IMG/VR virus record: IMGVR_UViG_3300027652_000001
Location: 1-59,081 of that record
DNA length: 59,081 nt
Strand: one strand, 5' to 3'
From: a virus
The notes under the pieces are model-generated. The model searched no databases and was not told the DNA's origin. It was given only the letters and a program-made list of their open reading frames with translations. The position numbers were made by a program, and so were the translations under genes. This document shows positions 8,627-16,457 of this stretch, in pieces. How positions within the stretch are numbered: position 1 is the stretch's first letter; each line of letters begins with the position of its first letter.

Positions 8627-9104
8627 CTCCGTTCTTGTCGGCTCGCCGCGTTTCCCAGTAGGTGATCGCTACCGCTAGAGCTGGCCAGAGGTGGCCGCTG
8701 ATACCGTACAGTGGTCCGGGCGATCGCTTGCTCCCAATTGCCGTATCCTTACCGCCAAACCGCGCTATCAACGCCTCTCGAACGAACGAATCTTTGCTGA
8801 TTCCTCCATGCCCGCAGACATGCGCAGCCGCGACCTTACGCGGGATCATGAACGTCCGGTGATCTCCGAACTGCTGAAGGAATCTTCCGGTCCAGTGGCA
8901 GGTGTCAAAAAGTTTGTCGCTGGCTAGAACTCCAAATCCACGGATCTGCTCGATAGCGCAGACAGCCCCTAGTGTCTGCTGCAGATGAGCGAGCATGGCA
9001 TCGTTTCCTAGTTCCCCAAATGAACCGATACGTTCCCCATCCCAGAACACATACGCGGATCTTTCTGGCCCCGGATCAATGCCAATAACGCCTGTAACTA
9101 CCAC
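8610..9104 (-). CDS. RuvC-like Holliday-junction resolvase
   Basis: GVIGIDPG catalytic-Asp motif at the N-terminus and a later HLWPALAVA motif. GTG 9104 is chosen because the ORF-track start at 9251 overlaps gene 9151-9621. Confidence 0.55.
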   Translation of the reverse strand: MVVTGVIGIDPGPERSAYVFWDGERIGSFGELGNDAMLAHLQQTLGAVCAIEQIRGFGVLASDKLFDTCHWTGRFLQQFGDHRTFMIPRKVAAAHVCGHGGISKDSFVREALIARFGGKDTAIGSKRSPGPLYGISGHLWPALAVAITYWETRRADKNGVDERG

Positions 9105-9150
9105 GACTGGCCCTTCCGCTGCGGTGTGCCGTGGACGGTGAAGCTCACGT

Positions 9151-9621
9151 TCACTCGCCGATCTCCACAACTTTGCCGTCTTCCGATTCCTGCTCGGATT
9201 TTTCCACCAGCGTCCCGTTGACCCGCATGGAAGCCTTTCCAGCGCCCACACTCATCAACCAAGACTCAGCGAACCCGCATACGTCGGGAGCCACGAAAAC
9301 AACCTGAAAGCGCAACTCGCGACGGAAGCCTTTGCCTTTTGATTTTTCCAACTCAAGGCGAACGATTTCAAAATGCGCTAGAGTCTGGAAATCGGCCGAT
9401 AGTTCCTTGTCGGAGAAAAGATCCTTCTGTTTGGGAGTGAGATTGATAGATCCCGCAGTGATCGACCCCTCCATCTTGCTTCCGGTGCAACTGTCGGGAA
9501 GGTCCTCCCACTTCATGGCCTTCGACACCGAAGTGGTGAGGTCAGACGAAAAGTGTAGCTTTCCACCCTTCGAGTCACGCTCTAATTTTCTGAGAACGGC
9601 CCCGCTGAAATTGATTACCAT
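9151..9621 (-). CDS. Hypothetical protein (156 aa)
   Basis: ORF lying between the exonuclease and resolvase genes. Confidence 0.75.
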   Translation of the reverse strand: MVINFSGAVLRKLERDSKGGKLHFSSDLTTSVSKAMKWEDLPDSCTGSKMEGSITAGSINLTPKQKDLFSDKELSADFQTLAHFEIVRLELEKSKGKGFRRELRFQVVFVAPDVCGFAESWLMSVGAGKASMRVNGTLVEKSEQESEDGKVVEIGE

Positions 9622-10334
9622 TTCTCTCCCTTCCGCTGCGCTTCGAGAATCATCTCCACGTCCGCATCGCTCACGCCGAAATCACCCATCTCCTGCGCCG
9701 CGCGTGGCTCCGGTCGCGTGAACGGACCGAAGCGGGTTTCTAGCTGTTCTCGCGCCAGCAGCATCGTGCCAACGAACGCCGACAGAACGGTTTTTAGTGC
9801 CTCTATAAATTTCTCGTCGCGGTGCACGCGCAGCGGCTGGATCGATAACCGCGGGTGGTACGAGAAAATGTCCACCCACTTGCGATCGGTGATCAGCATG
9901 CGCCCTTGGAGTTGCGCCATGTAGTCGTCTCCAACCGTTCCCGTCAAAGCGTATTCGACCTGCGTTTGGATGAGCGGGCACTTGATCTCGAGATCCCCTA
10001 CCTCGCCGATCAGGCGATCAGGAGAACACCCGATCAGCCCGTCATCAGTCGTAATGAATCCCCCGGGCGTCGTCTCGAAACCAGTCATGATTTCGTAGGC
10101 GAGTATAGCCTTGTCCTCCAACTCCTGGCCACGCACCATGTACTCGCTCTGGTAGTTCTCCACCTGCTCGCCGGTGATGTACTCTGCCAGCAGCCGATAC
10201 ATGTAGCCAGGTGCCTGACTTGAAAGTTGCAGTTTTTTTGGGGTGATCACACGGTGAAATTCAGACGAGGTCGGGATTCCCAGCCTGAGCGCGTACCACT
10301 CCTGGGAGCGAGGTTCAACATCGTGGAAGATCAC
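9615..10334 (-). CDS. YqaJ / lambda-exonuclease-type recombination exonuclease
   Basis: SQEWYALRLGIPTSSEFHRV N-terminal motif and the GDLEIKCP PD-(D/E)XK core. Confidence 0.8.
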   Translation of the reverse strand: MIFHDVEPRSQEWYALRLGIPTSSEFHRVITPKKLQLSSQAPGYMYRLLAEYITGEQVENYQSEYMVRGQELEDKAILAYEIMTGFETTPGGFITTDDGLIGCSPDRLIGEVGDLEIKCPLIQTQVEYALTGTVGDDYMAQLQGRMLITDRKWVDIFSYHPRLSIQPLRVHRDEKFIEALKTVLSAFVGTMLLAREQLETRFGPFTRPEPRAAQEMGDFGVSDADVEMILEAQRKGEKW

Positions 10335-10906
10335 GCGCGAACTCCCATCGCTTTTGCTATTGCGATAGATCCGCGAACGTCGGCCAGAGCATCATGCGCG
10401 TCTTGCAGTTCAATTCCAAAATGTTTGCACAACTCCGAAAGCTTCAAGCTTTTGAAATTAGTTCCGGTCTCTCTGGCGTACCACAATGCCCGCTGTAGCG
10501 AGCACATCACCTGCGGATGAGCCCCCAAGAATTGACCGTGACGCGAGAACATCGCCTGGATGCGGGGCCCATCGAAAGCGGCTGCGTTGTGCCCAGCGAG
10601 CCGCGCTACAGAATACGGACGCCCGGTTCTTTTGCTGATGAGTTCAATCGACTTGTACGACTCCAAGAATCTGGAGAACGAGGCAACCGCGATAATCTCC
10701 GCGACCCCATCCCGCTTCCACACTTCGGGGTCGTAGTGATTCAACTTCAGAGCCTCTGGGTCGGCTTGGCTCTCATCAAACTGAATCTTTTTTTCGAATG
10801 TGCCCAATTCGTTCCACTGGTCGTCTACAGCCACGGCAGCGAGTTGAATATCTGGACTCGTGGCCAACAGTCCGCCCGTCTCAAGATCAAAAAAAACGGT
10901 ACTCAC
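10331..10906 (-). CDS. DEDDh 3'-5' exonuclease (DnaQ / epsilon-like)
   Basis: Exo I VFFDLETGG, Exo II GHNAAAFDGPRI, Exo III HDALADVR. GTG 10906 overlaps the upstream stop (GTGA). Confidence 0.8.
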   Translation of the reverse strand: MSTVFFDLETGGLLATSPDIQLAAVAVDDQWNELGTFEKKIQFDESQADPEALKLNHYDPEVWKRDGVAEIIAVASFSRFLESYKSIELISKRTGRPYSVARLAGHNAAAFDGPRIQAMFSRHGQFLGAHPQVMCSLQRALWYARETGTNFKSLKLSELCKHFGIELQDAHDALADVRGSIAIAKAMGVRA

Positions 10907-11016
10907 TCGGCTTGCCTCGCGTCGATCTCGATGTCGGTTTCTTTGTGGTAAGTTTTTATCGGACAGTACAACTGGTTGCCTCCCACGCAAAACCGAAGCG
11001 CCGCCGTCCGAGGCAT
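10903..11016 (-). CDS. Small hypothetical protein (37 aa)
   Basis: ATG 11016. Its stop overlaps the GTG start of the exonuclease. Lies downstream of the TATATAAT element at 11058-11079. Confidence 0.4.
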   Translation of the reverse strand: MPRTAALRFCVGGNQLYCPIKTYHKETDIEIDARQAE

Positions 11017-11254
11017 AGTCACTTCACCCCATTTATGTTGATAGTGATCATTTTTATGGGAATTATATACTTTAGTCCCATGGTTGCTCGGGTTTGGAAT
11101 AAGTTCCGTCAGGTTGGCGGATTCGGCCATCGAACAGCCTCGCAGGGCCTTCGGCTTGTGGATTCTTCCACTGATGGTCTCCTTCGTGCCCGTACCATAG
11201 TTGGCATGGCCCTTTAAAAACGTGAATCTCATTGCATTGCATATCAAGCTCTCT

Positions 11255-11371
11255 CTAGCCTTTTTTGGAATTTGGTTTTCTCTTTTTCTTCCGTCCCTTT
11301 GGCTGCTTATCCTTCGGGCGATACGCGAGGACGGCGTCTGTTATCCGGTCCAGTTCGGGAGGCGTCTTCAT
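11255..11371 (-). CDS. Small basic protein (38 aa, MKTPPELDRITDAVLAYRPKDKQPKGRKKKRKPNSKKG)
   Basis: ATGA overlap with the stop of gene 11368-11559. Too short to appear in the ORF track. Confidence 0.45.
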   Translation of the reverse strand: MKTPPELDRITDAVLAYRPKDKQPKGRKKKRKPNSKKG

Positions 11372-11559
11372 GACTTCCTCCCCACGACGGCGGCAAGGTA
11401 CGCCATCCACATGTCGTCACCTATGTTGCGGAGCGGCGTCCGTTCCTCTGTCGGATCGCCACACGTCTCGCCAGTTTCACCCAAGTTCCGAGCGTTGTAA
11501 CCAGCTTCCAGTTCGGCGAGGTCCTCTTCCGTTAAGTCCTCGAAATACTCGGGGTCCAT
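11368..11559 (-). CDS. Hypothetical protein (63 aa). 5'-shortened paralog of 14001-14252.
   Basis: Shares DPEYFED...NIGDD-WMAYLA with the 83-aa paralog. The conserved FHEHGCND codons persist upstream but are cut off by an in-frame TAG. Confidence 0.65.
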   Translation of the reverse strand: MDPEYFEDLTEEDLAELEAGYNARNLGETGETCGDPTEERTPLRNIGDDMWMAYLAAVVGRKS

Positions 11560-11640
11560 GTCGTTACAGCCGTGCTCATGGAACTAGATCTTGGCACTGC
11601 GAGTGCTTTCCGGTGATGCAGGGCGTTGAATGGTAGGGCA

Positions 11641-12363
11641 TTACTTCGCTTCCTCCACCGCGCGTCGCTTGGCCACGAGAAAATTGATTGCCACTTTGTA
11701 CGCGCCCTGCTGGATGTCCGACAGCACCTTGCAGCCCATCATCTCCATGAACTTTGAGCGGGCGGTCGGAGAAAGCTTGCATTCGTCCATCAGGCACTCG
11801 ATGTTGCGGACTTGGTCCTCACTGATCGCACTGATCGAATCCGCGTCATCGTCATCACCGATGAAGCGTAGGTTGAGCATCATCTTCGCAACGTAGCGCT
11901 GGCCGTACGAAGTCGTGCTTCCGGTGCCCTGAATCTCGTTCATCGAACCAGATTTGTCGCGCGGCAGGTACAGTACAGCTCCGCGCGAGTGGCCCGCGAC
12001 GTGAGACAGCAATCCGTGGATCGGTATGCCCTGCGGAGTCACGTCGCCCGAAGTAAACGTCAGAGTGAAGCCTTCTCTGTCCAGAATCGGATTTATGATT
12101 TCCTGGATGTCATCGAACGAGGCGTACTTAGAGTTGTGCGCCTTCGAGGTTTTCTTGATCGGCGGGAACTTCATGCGAGAGAACGCGGCGATGAACTGCT
12201 TCTCTGCATCGCGCCGCTCGGCCTGCTCCTGCATGTCCATCAGGCCCTTGATGCGCTCCAGTGGGATAGACAGATCACGCGCGAGGCCGGCGAAAACTTC
12301 CAGCACGGTCATGCGCTCGGGGAGTTGCGGGGCGTCGATGATCGAGAGTTGCTTGTCGCTCAT
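11641..12363 (-). CDS. ERF-family single-strand annealing protein
   Basis: KYASFDDIQEIINPILDREGFTLTF ... STTSYGQRYVAKMMLNL matches the ERF recombinase pattern as remembered. Sits in the recombination module. Confidence 0.65.
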   Translation of the reverse strand: MSDKQLSIIDAPQLPERMTVLEVFAGLARDLSIPLERIKGLMDMQEQAERRDAEKQFIAAFSRMKFPPIKKTSKAHNSKYASFDDIQEIINPILDREGFTLTFTSGDVTPQGIPIHGLLSHVAGHSRGAVLYLPRDKSGSMNEIQGTGSTTSYGQRYVAKMMLNLRFIGDDDDADSISAISEDQVRNIECLMDECKLSPTARSKFMEMMGCKVLSDIQQGAYKVAINFLVAKRRAVEEAK

Positions 12364-12635
12364 TCCGCCACCGCCAACCAGTATTCCGCCGAAGTATGTA
12401 CGATCAGCCGGAGAGGATTTGCCCCGAATTCCGTTTTTCTCTTGACGTATTCCTCACGAGTCGTCTTTGCGACGATCACGCATTTACCATGCTCTTCATC
12501 TCCAGGAATCCAGTGATCCCCAATCACGCATCCTACGTGCAGATCACGCTCGCTCCACAAAGCGAAGTTGCCGTACTTCTCGAGTTCGGCCTGCGTCTTC
12601 TGTGTTCCAGAAACCACTTCGTTCGCTTGGTTCAT
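12360..12635 (-). CDS. Hypothetical protein (91 aa)
   Basis: ORF coupled at both ends. Confidence 0.75.
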   Translation of the reverse strand: MNQANEVVSGTQKTQAELEKYGNFALWSERDLHVGCVIGDHWIPGDEEHGKCVIVAKTTREEYVKRKTEFGANPLRLIVHTSAEYWLAVAE

Positions 12636-12793
12636 TTGGTTTTCTTCCCCAGGACTTTCGTTAGCAGCCGGATGATCACGTTCGAAAGCGTGCGTTGCTC
12701 AATTTTGGCCCGCTCGTGCAACTGCGCCGCTAGTTGTCGCGGCGCCCGGAATGCCAACTGGACTGTTCCTTCGCTGTTGTCTTCATTCGCCAT
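12632..12793 (-). CDS. Ribbon-helix-helix (CopG/Arc-like) DNA-binding protein (53 aa). First gene of an early operon.
   Basis: MANEDNSEGTVQLAFRAPRQLAAQLHERAKIEQRTLSNVIIRLLTKVLG shows the beta-strand, helix, helix pattern. ATGA overlap with the next gene. Too short to appear in the ORF track. Confidence 0.6.
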   Translation of the reverse strand: MANEDNSEGTVQLAFRAPRQLAAQLHERAKIEQRTLSNVIIRLLTKVLGKKTK

Positions 12794-12802
12794 TGACTAC
12801 CT

Positions 12803-12831
12803 ATGCTAGACCGTGTCAAACGGTTTGTCAA
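12803..12831 (-). promoter_or_regulatory. Sigma70-like promoter for the RHH operon (TTGACA, 17-nt spacer, TAGCAT) with a duplicated TTTGACA box. Predicts a near-leaderless mRNA.
   Basis: On the plus strand tgtcaa lies at 12814-12819 and 12826-12831, and atgcta at 12803-12808. The ATG at 12793 lies about 10 nt downstream of the -10 box. Confidence 0.45.
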
Positions 12832-12834
12832 ATA

Positions 12835-13095
12835 CTATTTTCGTCCCAACCGCGCGTCTGCCAAGCGGCGCTGTCTCCCTAAATTGCGCTCCATCGCTTC
12901 GGCGTGCAACCGATCGCGCACCTCGCGTGGTTTCGGCCCGGGCTTGGCACCGCCCATCTTCGCGCGCTGCTTGCTGCCCATCTCCACTCGGCAGGGCCCA
13001 CGCCTGGTGCGCCAGTCGTCCGGAATCTTGTCGCGATCCACGTCGCCCCAGCCTTGCGCGATCATCGCGTCCAGTTCGTCCAGCGGCTCGGTCAT
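12835..13095 (-). CDS. Hypothetical basic protein (86 aa)
   Basis: ATG 13095 overlaps the methyltransferase stop (ATGA). Confidence 0.65.
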   Translation of the reverse strand: MTEPLDELDAMIAQGWGDVDRDKIPDDWRTRRGPCRVEMGSKQRAKMGGAKPGPKPREVRDRLHAEAMERNLGRQRRLADARLGRK

Positions 13096-13757
13096 GCGAA
13101 CTCCAGAACTTCCTGCGACAGCCGCTTGGCCGCGATCTCGCAATAGCGTTCCTCGATCTCGATACCTATGGCCCGACGGCCATTGCGTTTAGCAGCCCAG
13201 AGTGTAGTTCCGCTGCCTGCAAATGGATCGCAAACTAGATCACCTAAATGCTTGGAAAGCAAATGCGACAGAAGCGCTACTGGTTTTTCGTGTGGATGTT
13301 GTCTTCCGGCACCGTTGTGCGCTGGTCCGCTCTCCCAACTAGGAACAGGCCTGAACCTCAGTACGCCCTCATCACGGAATCCATGCCAACCGTCCCCGCT
13401 GATATAAATCTCTTCCCATGACGGTTTCCAGGGAAATTTCAAGTCGCCAGCGCCATGCGCCGGTCCTTTGTCCCAAATCAGGACGCCACGTGTTCCCATT
13501 GGAGCGGGGCGCTTCCAACTTATTCCAAAACAGGCCCAGGAGATTCCCGCAAAGAAGCACAGAACCTCATCGCGTGTCGAACAATCGGAGTCGCCCTGAA
13601 TCATCGTTCCCTCCCAGGATGCTCCATGGGAAGTCTTGTGAGAGATCCCGTAAGGCGGATCTGTCAAGACAAGATCAATCGTTGGCAGTTCTGGCAACAC
13701 TTCTCGGCAATCGCCGTGATAGATTGTTATTCCCGCGTGCTCGTAGTACGGTTTCAC
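13092..13757 (-). CDS. DNA methyltransferase, N6-adenine / N4-cytosine class (beta-type motif order)
   Basis: Catalytic LVLTDPPYGI near the N-terminus and SAM motif VCDPFAGSGTTLWAAKRNGRRAIGIE near the C-terminus. No adjacent restriction endonuclease. Confidence 0.85.
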   Translation of the reverse strand: MKPYYEHAGITIYHGDCREVLPELPTIDLVLTDPPYGISHKTSHGASWEGTMIQGDSDCSTRDEVLCFFAGISWACFGISWKRPAPMGTRGVLIWDKGPAHGAGDLKFPWKPSWEEIYISGDGWHGFRDEGVLRFRPVPSWESGPAHNGAGRQHPHEKPVALLSHLLSKHLGDLVCDPFAGSGTTLWAAKRNGRRAIGIEIEERYCEIAAKRLSQEVLEFA

Positions 13758-13999
13758 CCGCGCACCCCTTTCATGCCGTACAGATCTTTCGGCGACATGA
13801 CTTTCTTGTCGCGCCCGGTCTTTGCGTCCACCTCAATCGGCGGTCGCCCGTTAACCTCGAACTGTCTCCAGAACGCGCGGACCTCGCGAGAGTTCGCCTG
13901 CTCGGTGATCTGCGCCATCTGCCACTCGTGCAGCGGAACGCCGCGGAAGTCTGGCGGAACGTCGGAGAGATGTGAACCGCGGCTGAATAGCAAGCTCAT
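13754..13999 (-). CDS. Hypothetical protein (81 aa)
   Basis: ORF coupled to the downstream methyltransferase. Confidence 0.7.
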   Translation of the reverse strand: MSLLFSRGSHLSDVPPDFRGVPLHEWQMAQITEQANSREVRAFWRQFEVNGRPPIEVDAKTGRDKKVMSPKDLYGMKGVRG

Positions 14000-14000
14000 T

Positions 14001-14252
14001 TCACGCTATTCTATCCGCTAGGTACGCCATCCACTCATCGTCTCCGATGTTCGCGATGTTGGCGTCGTCCCAGTCTTCGCCGTTACAACCTGACCTTCTC
14101 CAGTCATTGTAGTCAGCCACCAATTGTTGAATCTCTTCATGCTCAATATCCTCGAAGTACTCAGGATCCATGTCATTGCAGCCGTGCTCGTGAAACTGCC
14201 TCGCGGCCTCATCAAGCAATCGGCTCGCAAGTATTTCTTGAGCGCGAGTCAT
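14001..14252 (-). CDS. Hypothetical acidic protein (83 aa). Full-length paralog of 11368-11559.
   Basis: HEHGCNDMDPEYFED ... NIGDDEWMAYLA. DNA at about 14150-14200 closely resembles about 11540-11590. Confidence 0.75.
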   Translation of the reverse strand: MTRAQEILASRLLDEAARQFHEHGCNDMDPEYFEDIEHEEIQQLVADYNDWRRSGCNGEDWDDANIANIGDDEWMAYLADRIA

Positions 14253-14815
14253 GCTGTCCTCGATTCTGCGCGAATGATCGCGGCCAAGTAAGCGTCGCGG
14301 TTGCGCGCGTTCTGAACCCTCCCGGACTGGTACGCCTGACGAATGGCGTCCCTAACACGCGTCCAAACAGGATTGAGAATACGTCGACCACTCGCGAGCG
14401 TGATGTGTTCGGCCGGCATCGCCACTTGCATCGGCTTGCGAGCTGGCTTGTTCACCCTTGGTTCTTCCGAAGGTTCTTCCTTTAAGGGTGGGGCCATTGG
14501 TGGGGCCATTGGTGGGGCCAAATCCTTAATAATTCGGTACATGCTGGTCTGGTTCGGACGCCGGATCACTTCGACGTATCCTTGGGAAACGAGCCACGCT
14601 AGCCATCGTTTTACGGATCGCACAGATGCCCGAATACGCTTTGCGATCTCCCGGGACATCCATGACTGGCCGGCGTTGCACAGGCCGAGCCTGCCCTTGT
14701 GGATAAGTCTGTGGATTAATCGGAAAAGATGAACTGCGCCGCGAGGGATCACGCCACAAGCTTTCTGGAGAGGGCCGGGCTTGTGGTTCCAGCCCCGCTC
14801 CGCGCTCGGCGCCAT
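14249..14815 (-). CDS. Winged-helix DNA-binding protein, replication-initiator-like
   Basis: HTH segment SWMSREIAKRIRASVRSVKRWLAWLVSQGYVEVIRR. A central linker APPMAPPMAPP is encoded by three phased iterons. Confidence 0.55.
   Translation of the reverse strand: MAPSAERGWNHKPGPLQKACGVIPRGAVHLFRLIHRLIHKGRLGLCNAGQSWMSREIAKRIRASVRSVKRWLAWLVSQGYVEVIRRPNQTSMYRIIKDLAPPMAPPMAPPLKEEPSEEPRVNKPARKPMQVAMPAEHITLASGRRILNPVWTRVRDAIRQAYQSGRVQNARNRDAYLAAIIRAESRTA
14487..14520. repeat. Three phased copies of GGTGGGGCCA (12-bp period) followed by an AT-rich stretch. Candidate origin iterons inside the initiator-like gene.
   Basis: ggtggggccatt ggtggggccatt ggtggggcca is read at 14487-14520, followed by aatccttaataattcgg. 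Confidence 0.5.
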
Positions 14816-14873
14816 CCTGGATCAGAGGTGACGTTTTCGCCCCGAACGCCTTTAGTATACGCGAAACCATGTC

Positions 14874-14902
14874 AGTTTAACAGCGAACGGCCGTCGATTC
14901 AA
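14874..14902 (-). promoter_or_regulatory. Candidate sigma70-like promoter (TTGAAT, 17-nt spacer, TAAACT) upstream of the initiator-like gene
   Basis: On the plus strand attcaa lies at 14897-14902 and agttta at 14874-14879. The spacer contains the palindrome acggccgt. Confidence 0.4.
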
Positions 14903-14905
14903 GCT

Positions 14906-15175
14906 CTAATCCGTCATGAACCGGTAATAGCGGCGCCCTTGGGACAAGAAATCGCGTGCCGCACCAGTGACTTTCTCGTACAGATCGCGATCAGATTGAT
15001 CGGTTTCGCAGAGCACCACCAATGGCTGAGGAAGAGAAAATAAGGAACCATCGGGAGCTTCCCAGAGATTGCACACCTCGCCACGCAAGGCTCCAGACTT
15101 CCATTGAACGACCACGTACCCGATTTCTCGGATAGCTTTCTCTGCGCGTTCCATTGACTGCTGCTTGTAGTTCAT
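14906..15175 (-). CDS. Hypothetical protein (89 aa)
   Basis: ATG 15175 overlaps the recombinase stop (ATGA). Confidence 0.7.
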   Translation of the reverse strand: MNYKQQSMERAEKAIREIGYVVVQWKSGALRGEVCNLWEAPDGSLFSLPQPLVVLCETDQSDRDLYEKVTGAARDFLSQGRRYYRFMTD

Positions 15176-15840
15176 CGCTCTTTCGCCAGCTCCCTCTTCA
15201 CAATTCTGCTCACGGTGGCGCCGAACCACCGCCCGCTATCCCGCGTCGACACCCGCGCCTCGTTCAGCCGACCCGCGATCTCGTTAAACGTCCCGCCGTC
15301 CCCGTGCCACTGCATAATCAACGCCAAAACCTCCGGCTCGTGCGGGAAATCCGGATGCGACCCGAACACCTTGCGCCCCTCGCACTTTCCGGTTTTCTTC
15401 CGAATGCGATCGCGAGCCGCTCGTAACTTACACACAATCATGGTTTTATCGAACTGCGCGATCGCTCCCATGATCTGTCGAAACAAGATCCGCGTCGGAT
15501 CCTCACTCCCCAAATCCGGCTCCGCGGTCGAAACGAGCGTGACTCCACGCTTCTGCAGCTCGCGCACAATCCACTCCTGCACCCCCAGATCTCGAGCCAG
15601 GCGATCCAAACGCTCCACGATAATCATCCGCACGCCATCGAGTGCCCCGACCATCTCTACCCAAGCCGGCCGGTTATCCCACTCGGTCTTCCCGCTCACC
15701 CCTTGCTCCTCGAACCACCGCACGATCTTTATCCCGTTCACCGCCGCGTAGGCCTCGATCGCCGTGTGCTGCCGGGGAAACGAGTCGCCCTCGATCTGCG
15801 CCCGGCCCGAGCAGCGACAATACGCGAAGGCGCGCGTCAT
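15172..15840 (-). CDS. Small serine recombinase (resolvase / invertase type, 222 aa) with a C-terminal HTH
   Basis: AFAYCRCSGRAQ catalytic-Ser motif, VERLDRLARDL, and the C-terminal HTH GGTFNEIAGRLNEARVSTRDSGRWFGATVSRIVKR. ATG 15840 is chosen because the ORF-track start at 16098 overlaps upstream genes. Confidence 0.85.
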   Translation of the reverse strand: MTRAFAYCRCSGRAQIEGDSFPRQHTAIEAYAAVNGIKIVRWFEEQGVSGKTEWDNRPAWVEMVGALDGVRMIIVERLDRLARDLGVQEWIVRELQKRGVTLVSTAEPDLGSEDPTRILFRQIMGAIAQFDKTMIVCKLRAARDRIRKKTGKCEGRKVFGSHPDFPHEPEVLALIMQWHGDGGTFNEIAGRLNEARVSTRDSGRWFGATVSRIVKRELAKER

Positions 15841-15974
15841 TTGCAGCTCCCCACGACGACCCCAGTTACGAATCCGGCGAGAGCAACGAAAAACATCAGC
15901 CAAAAGCCTTGCGCTACCGTTGCGCGTGGATTGATGATTTCTTTGAGCGGTCGCCACCAGAAGGAGCGCGTCAT
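15837..15974 (-). CDS. Small membrane protein (45 aa)
   Basis: MTRSFWWRPLKEIINPRATVAQGFWLMFFVALAGFVTGVVVGSCK. ATGA overlaps at both ends. Confidence 0.5.
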   Translation of the reverse strand: MTRSFWWRPLKEIINPRATVAQGFWLMFFVALAGFVTGVVVGSCK

Positions 15975-16258
15975 GCGGCCCCCAATTCTGCCAGAGCCTT
16001 ACGCGCAGTAGCGACCGCGCAATCTCCCTCGTGTTCGTCCCCAGTATGGGCGTAACACATCCAGCCGGGATGATCGGCGATGTACGACAGCGCAGCACGC
16101 GCTATCTCCAACGATTTGGACCTCTCGAAGCTTTTTACTGCCTCCATCTGCACGCGAATGGAGAACGGCGTCTCGGCACCTTCGTATAAACTCTGAGCCC
16201 GGCCACCCAGCCAAGTGGCAAGGTGCCCTTTGCATGTCACGTAATCCCGCTCAGTCAT
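15971..16258 (-). CDS. Hypothetical protein (95 aa)
   Basis: ORF lying second in the early operon. Confidence 0.75.
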   Translation of the reverse strand: MTERDYVTCKGHLATWLGGRAQSLYEGAETPFSIRVQMEAVKSFERSKSLEIARAALSYIADHPGWMCYAHTGDEHEGDCAVATARKALAELGAA

Positions 16259-16264
16259 GGCTAT

Positions 16265-16363
16265 TCATGCCCTTCGAACTTCTGGCACGGAGTTTCCCAG
16301 GATGCGCGCCCCGTGCTCACCGTCTCGGTTTTGTCGGATTCTCGTTAGATTCTCGTTATTCAT
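16265..16363 (-). CDS. Small ORF (32 aa) with a strong SD. Contains a perfect tandem 11-mer.
   Basis: aaaggagacaacgcgATG. gattctcgtta repeats twice at 16337-16358. Confidence 0.4.
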   Translation of the reverse strand: MNNENLTRIRQNRDGEHGARILGNSVPEVRRA

Positions 16364-16408
16364 CGCGTTGTCTCCTTTTCTCTGTTGTGCGTTCGTCATC
16401 GCAACACG

Positions 16409-16437
16409 ATATTCTCACATCGCTCGGCATCTGTCAA
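16409..16437 (-). promoter_or_regulatory. Strong sigma70-like promoter for the leftward early operon (TTGACA, 17-nt spacer, GAATAT with an upstream TG)
   Basis: On the plus strand tgtcaa lies at 16432-16437 and atattc at 16409-16414. Confidence 0.55.
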
Positions 16438-16457
16438 GCACTATCCACAGAAATAGT

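Noticed and set aside
15172-16098. Calling the recombinase an integrase and the 16.4-16.9 kb region an attP site
   Set aside because: With the supported start at 15840 the protein is only 222 aa, which is resolvase/invertase architecture without the large C-terminal domain of serine integrases. No host-derived flank or tRNA target is present to define an att site.
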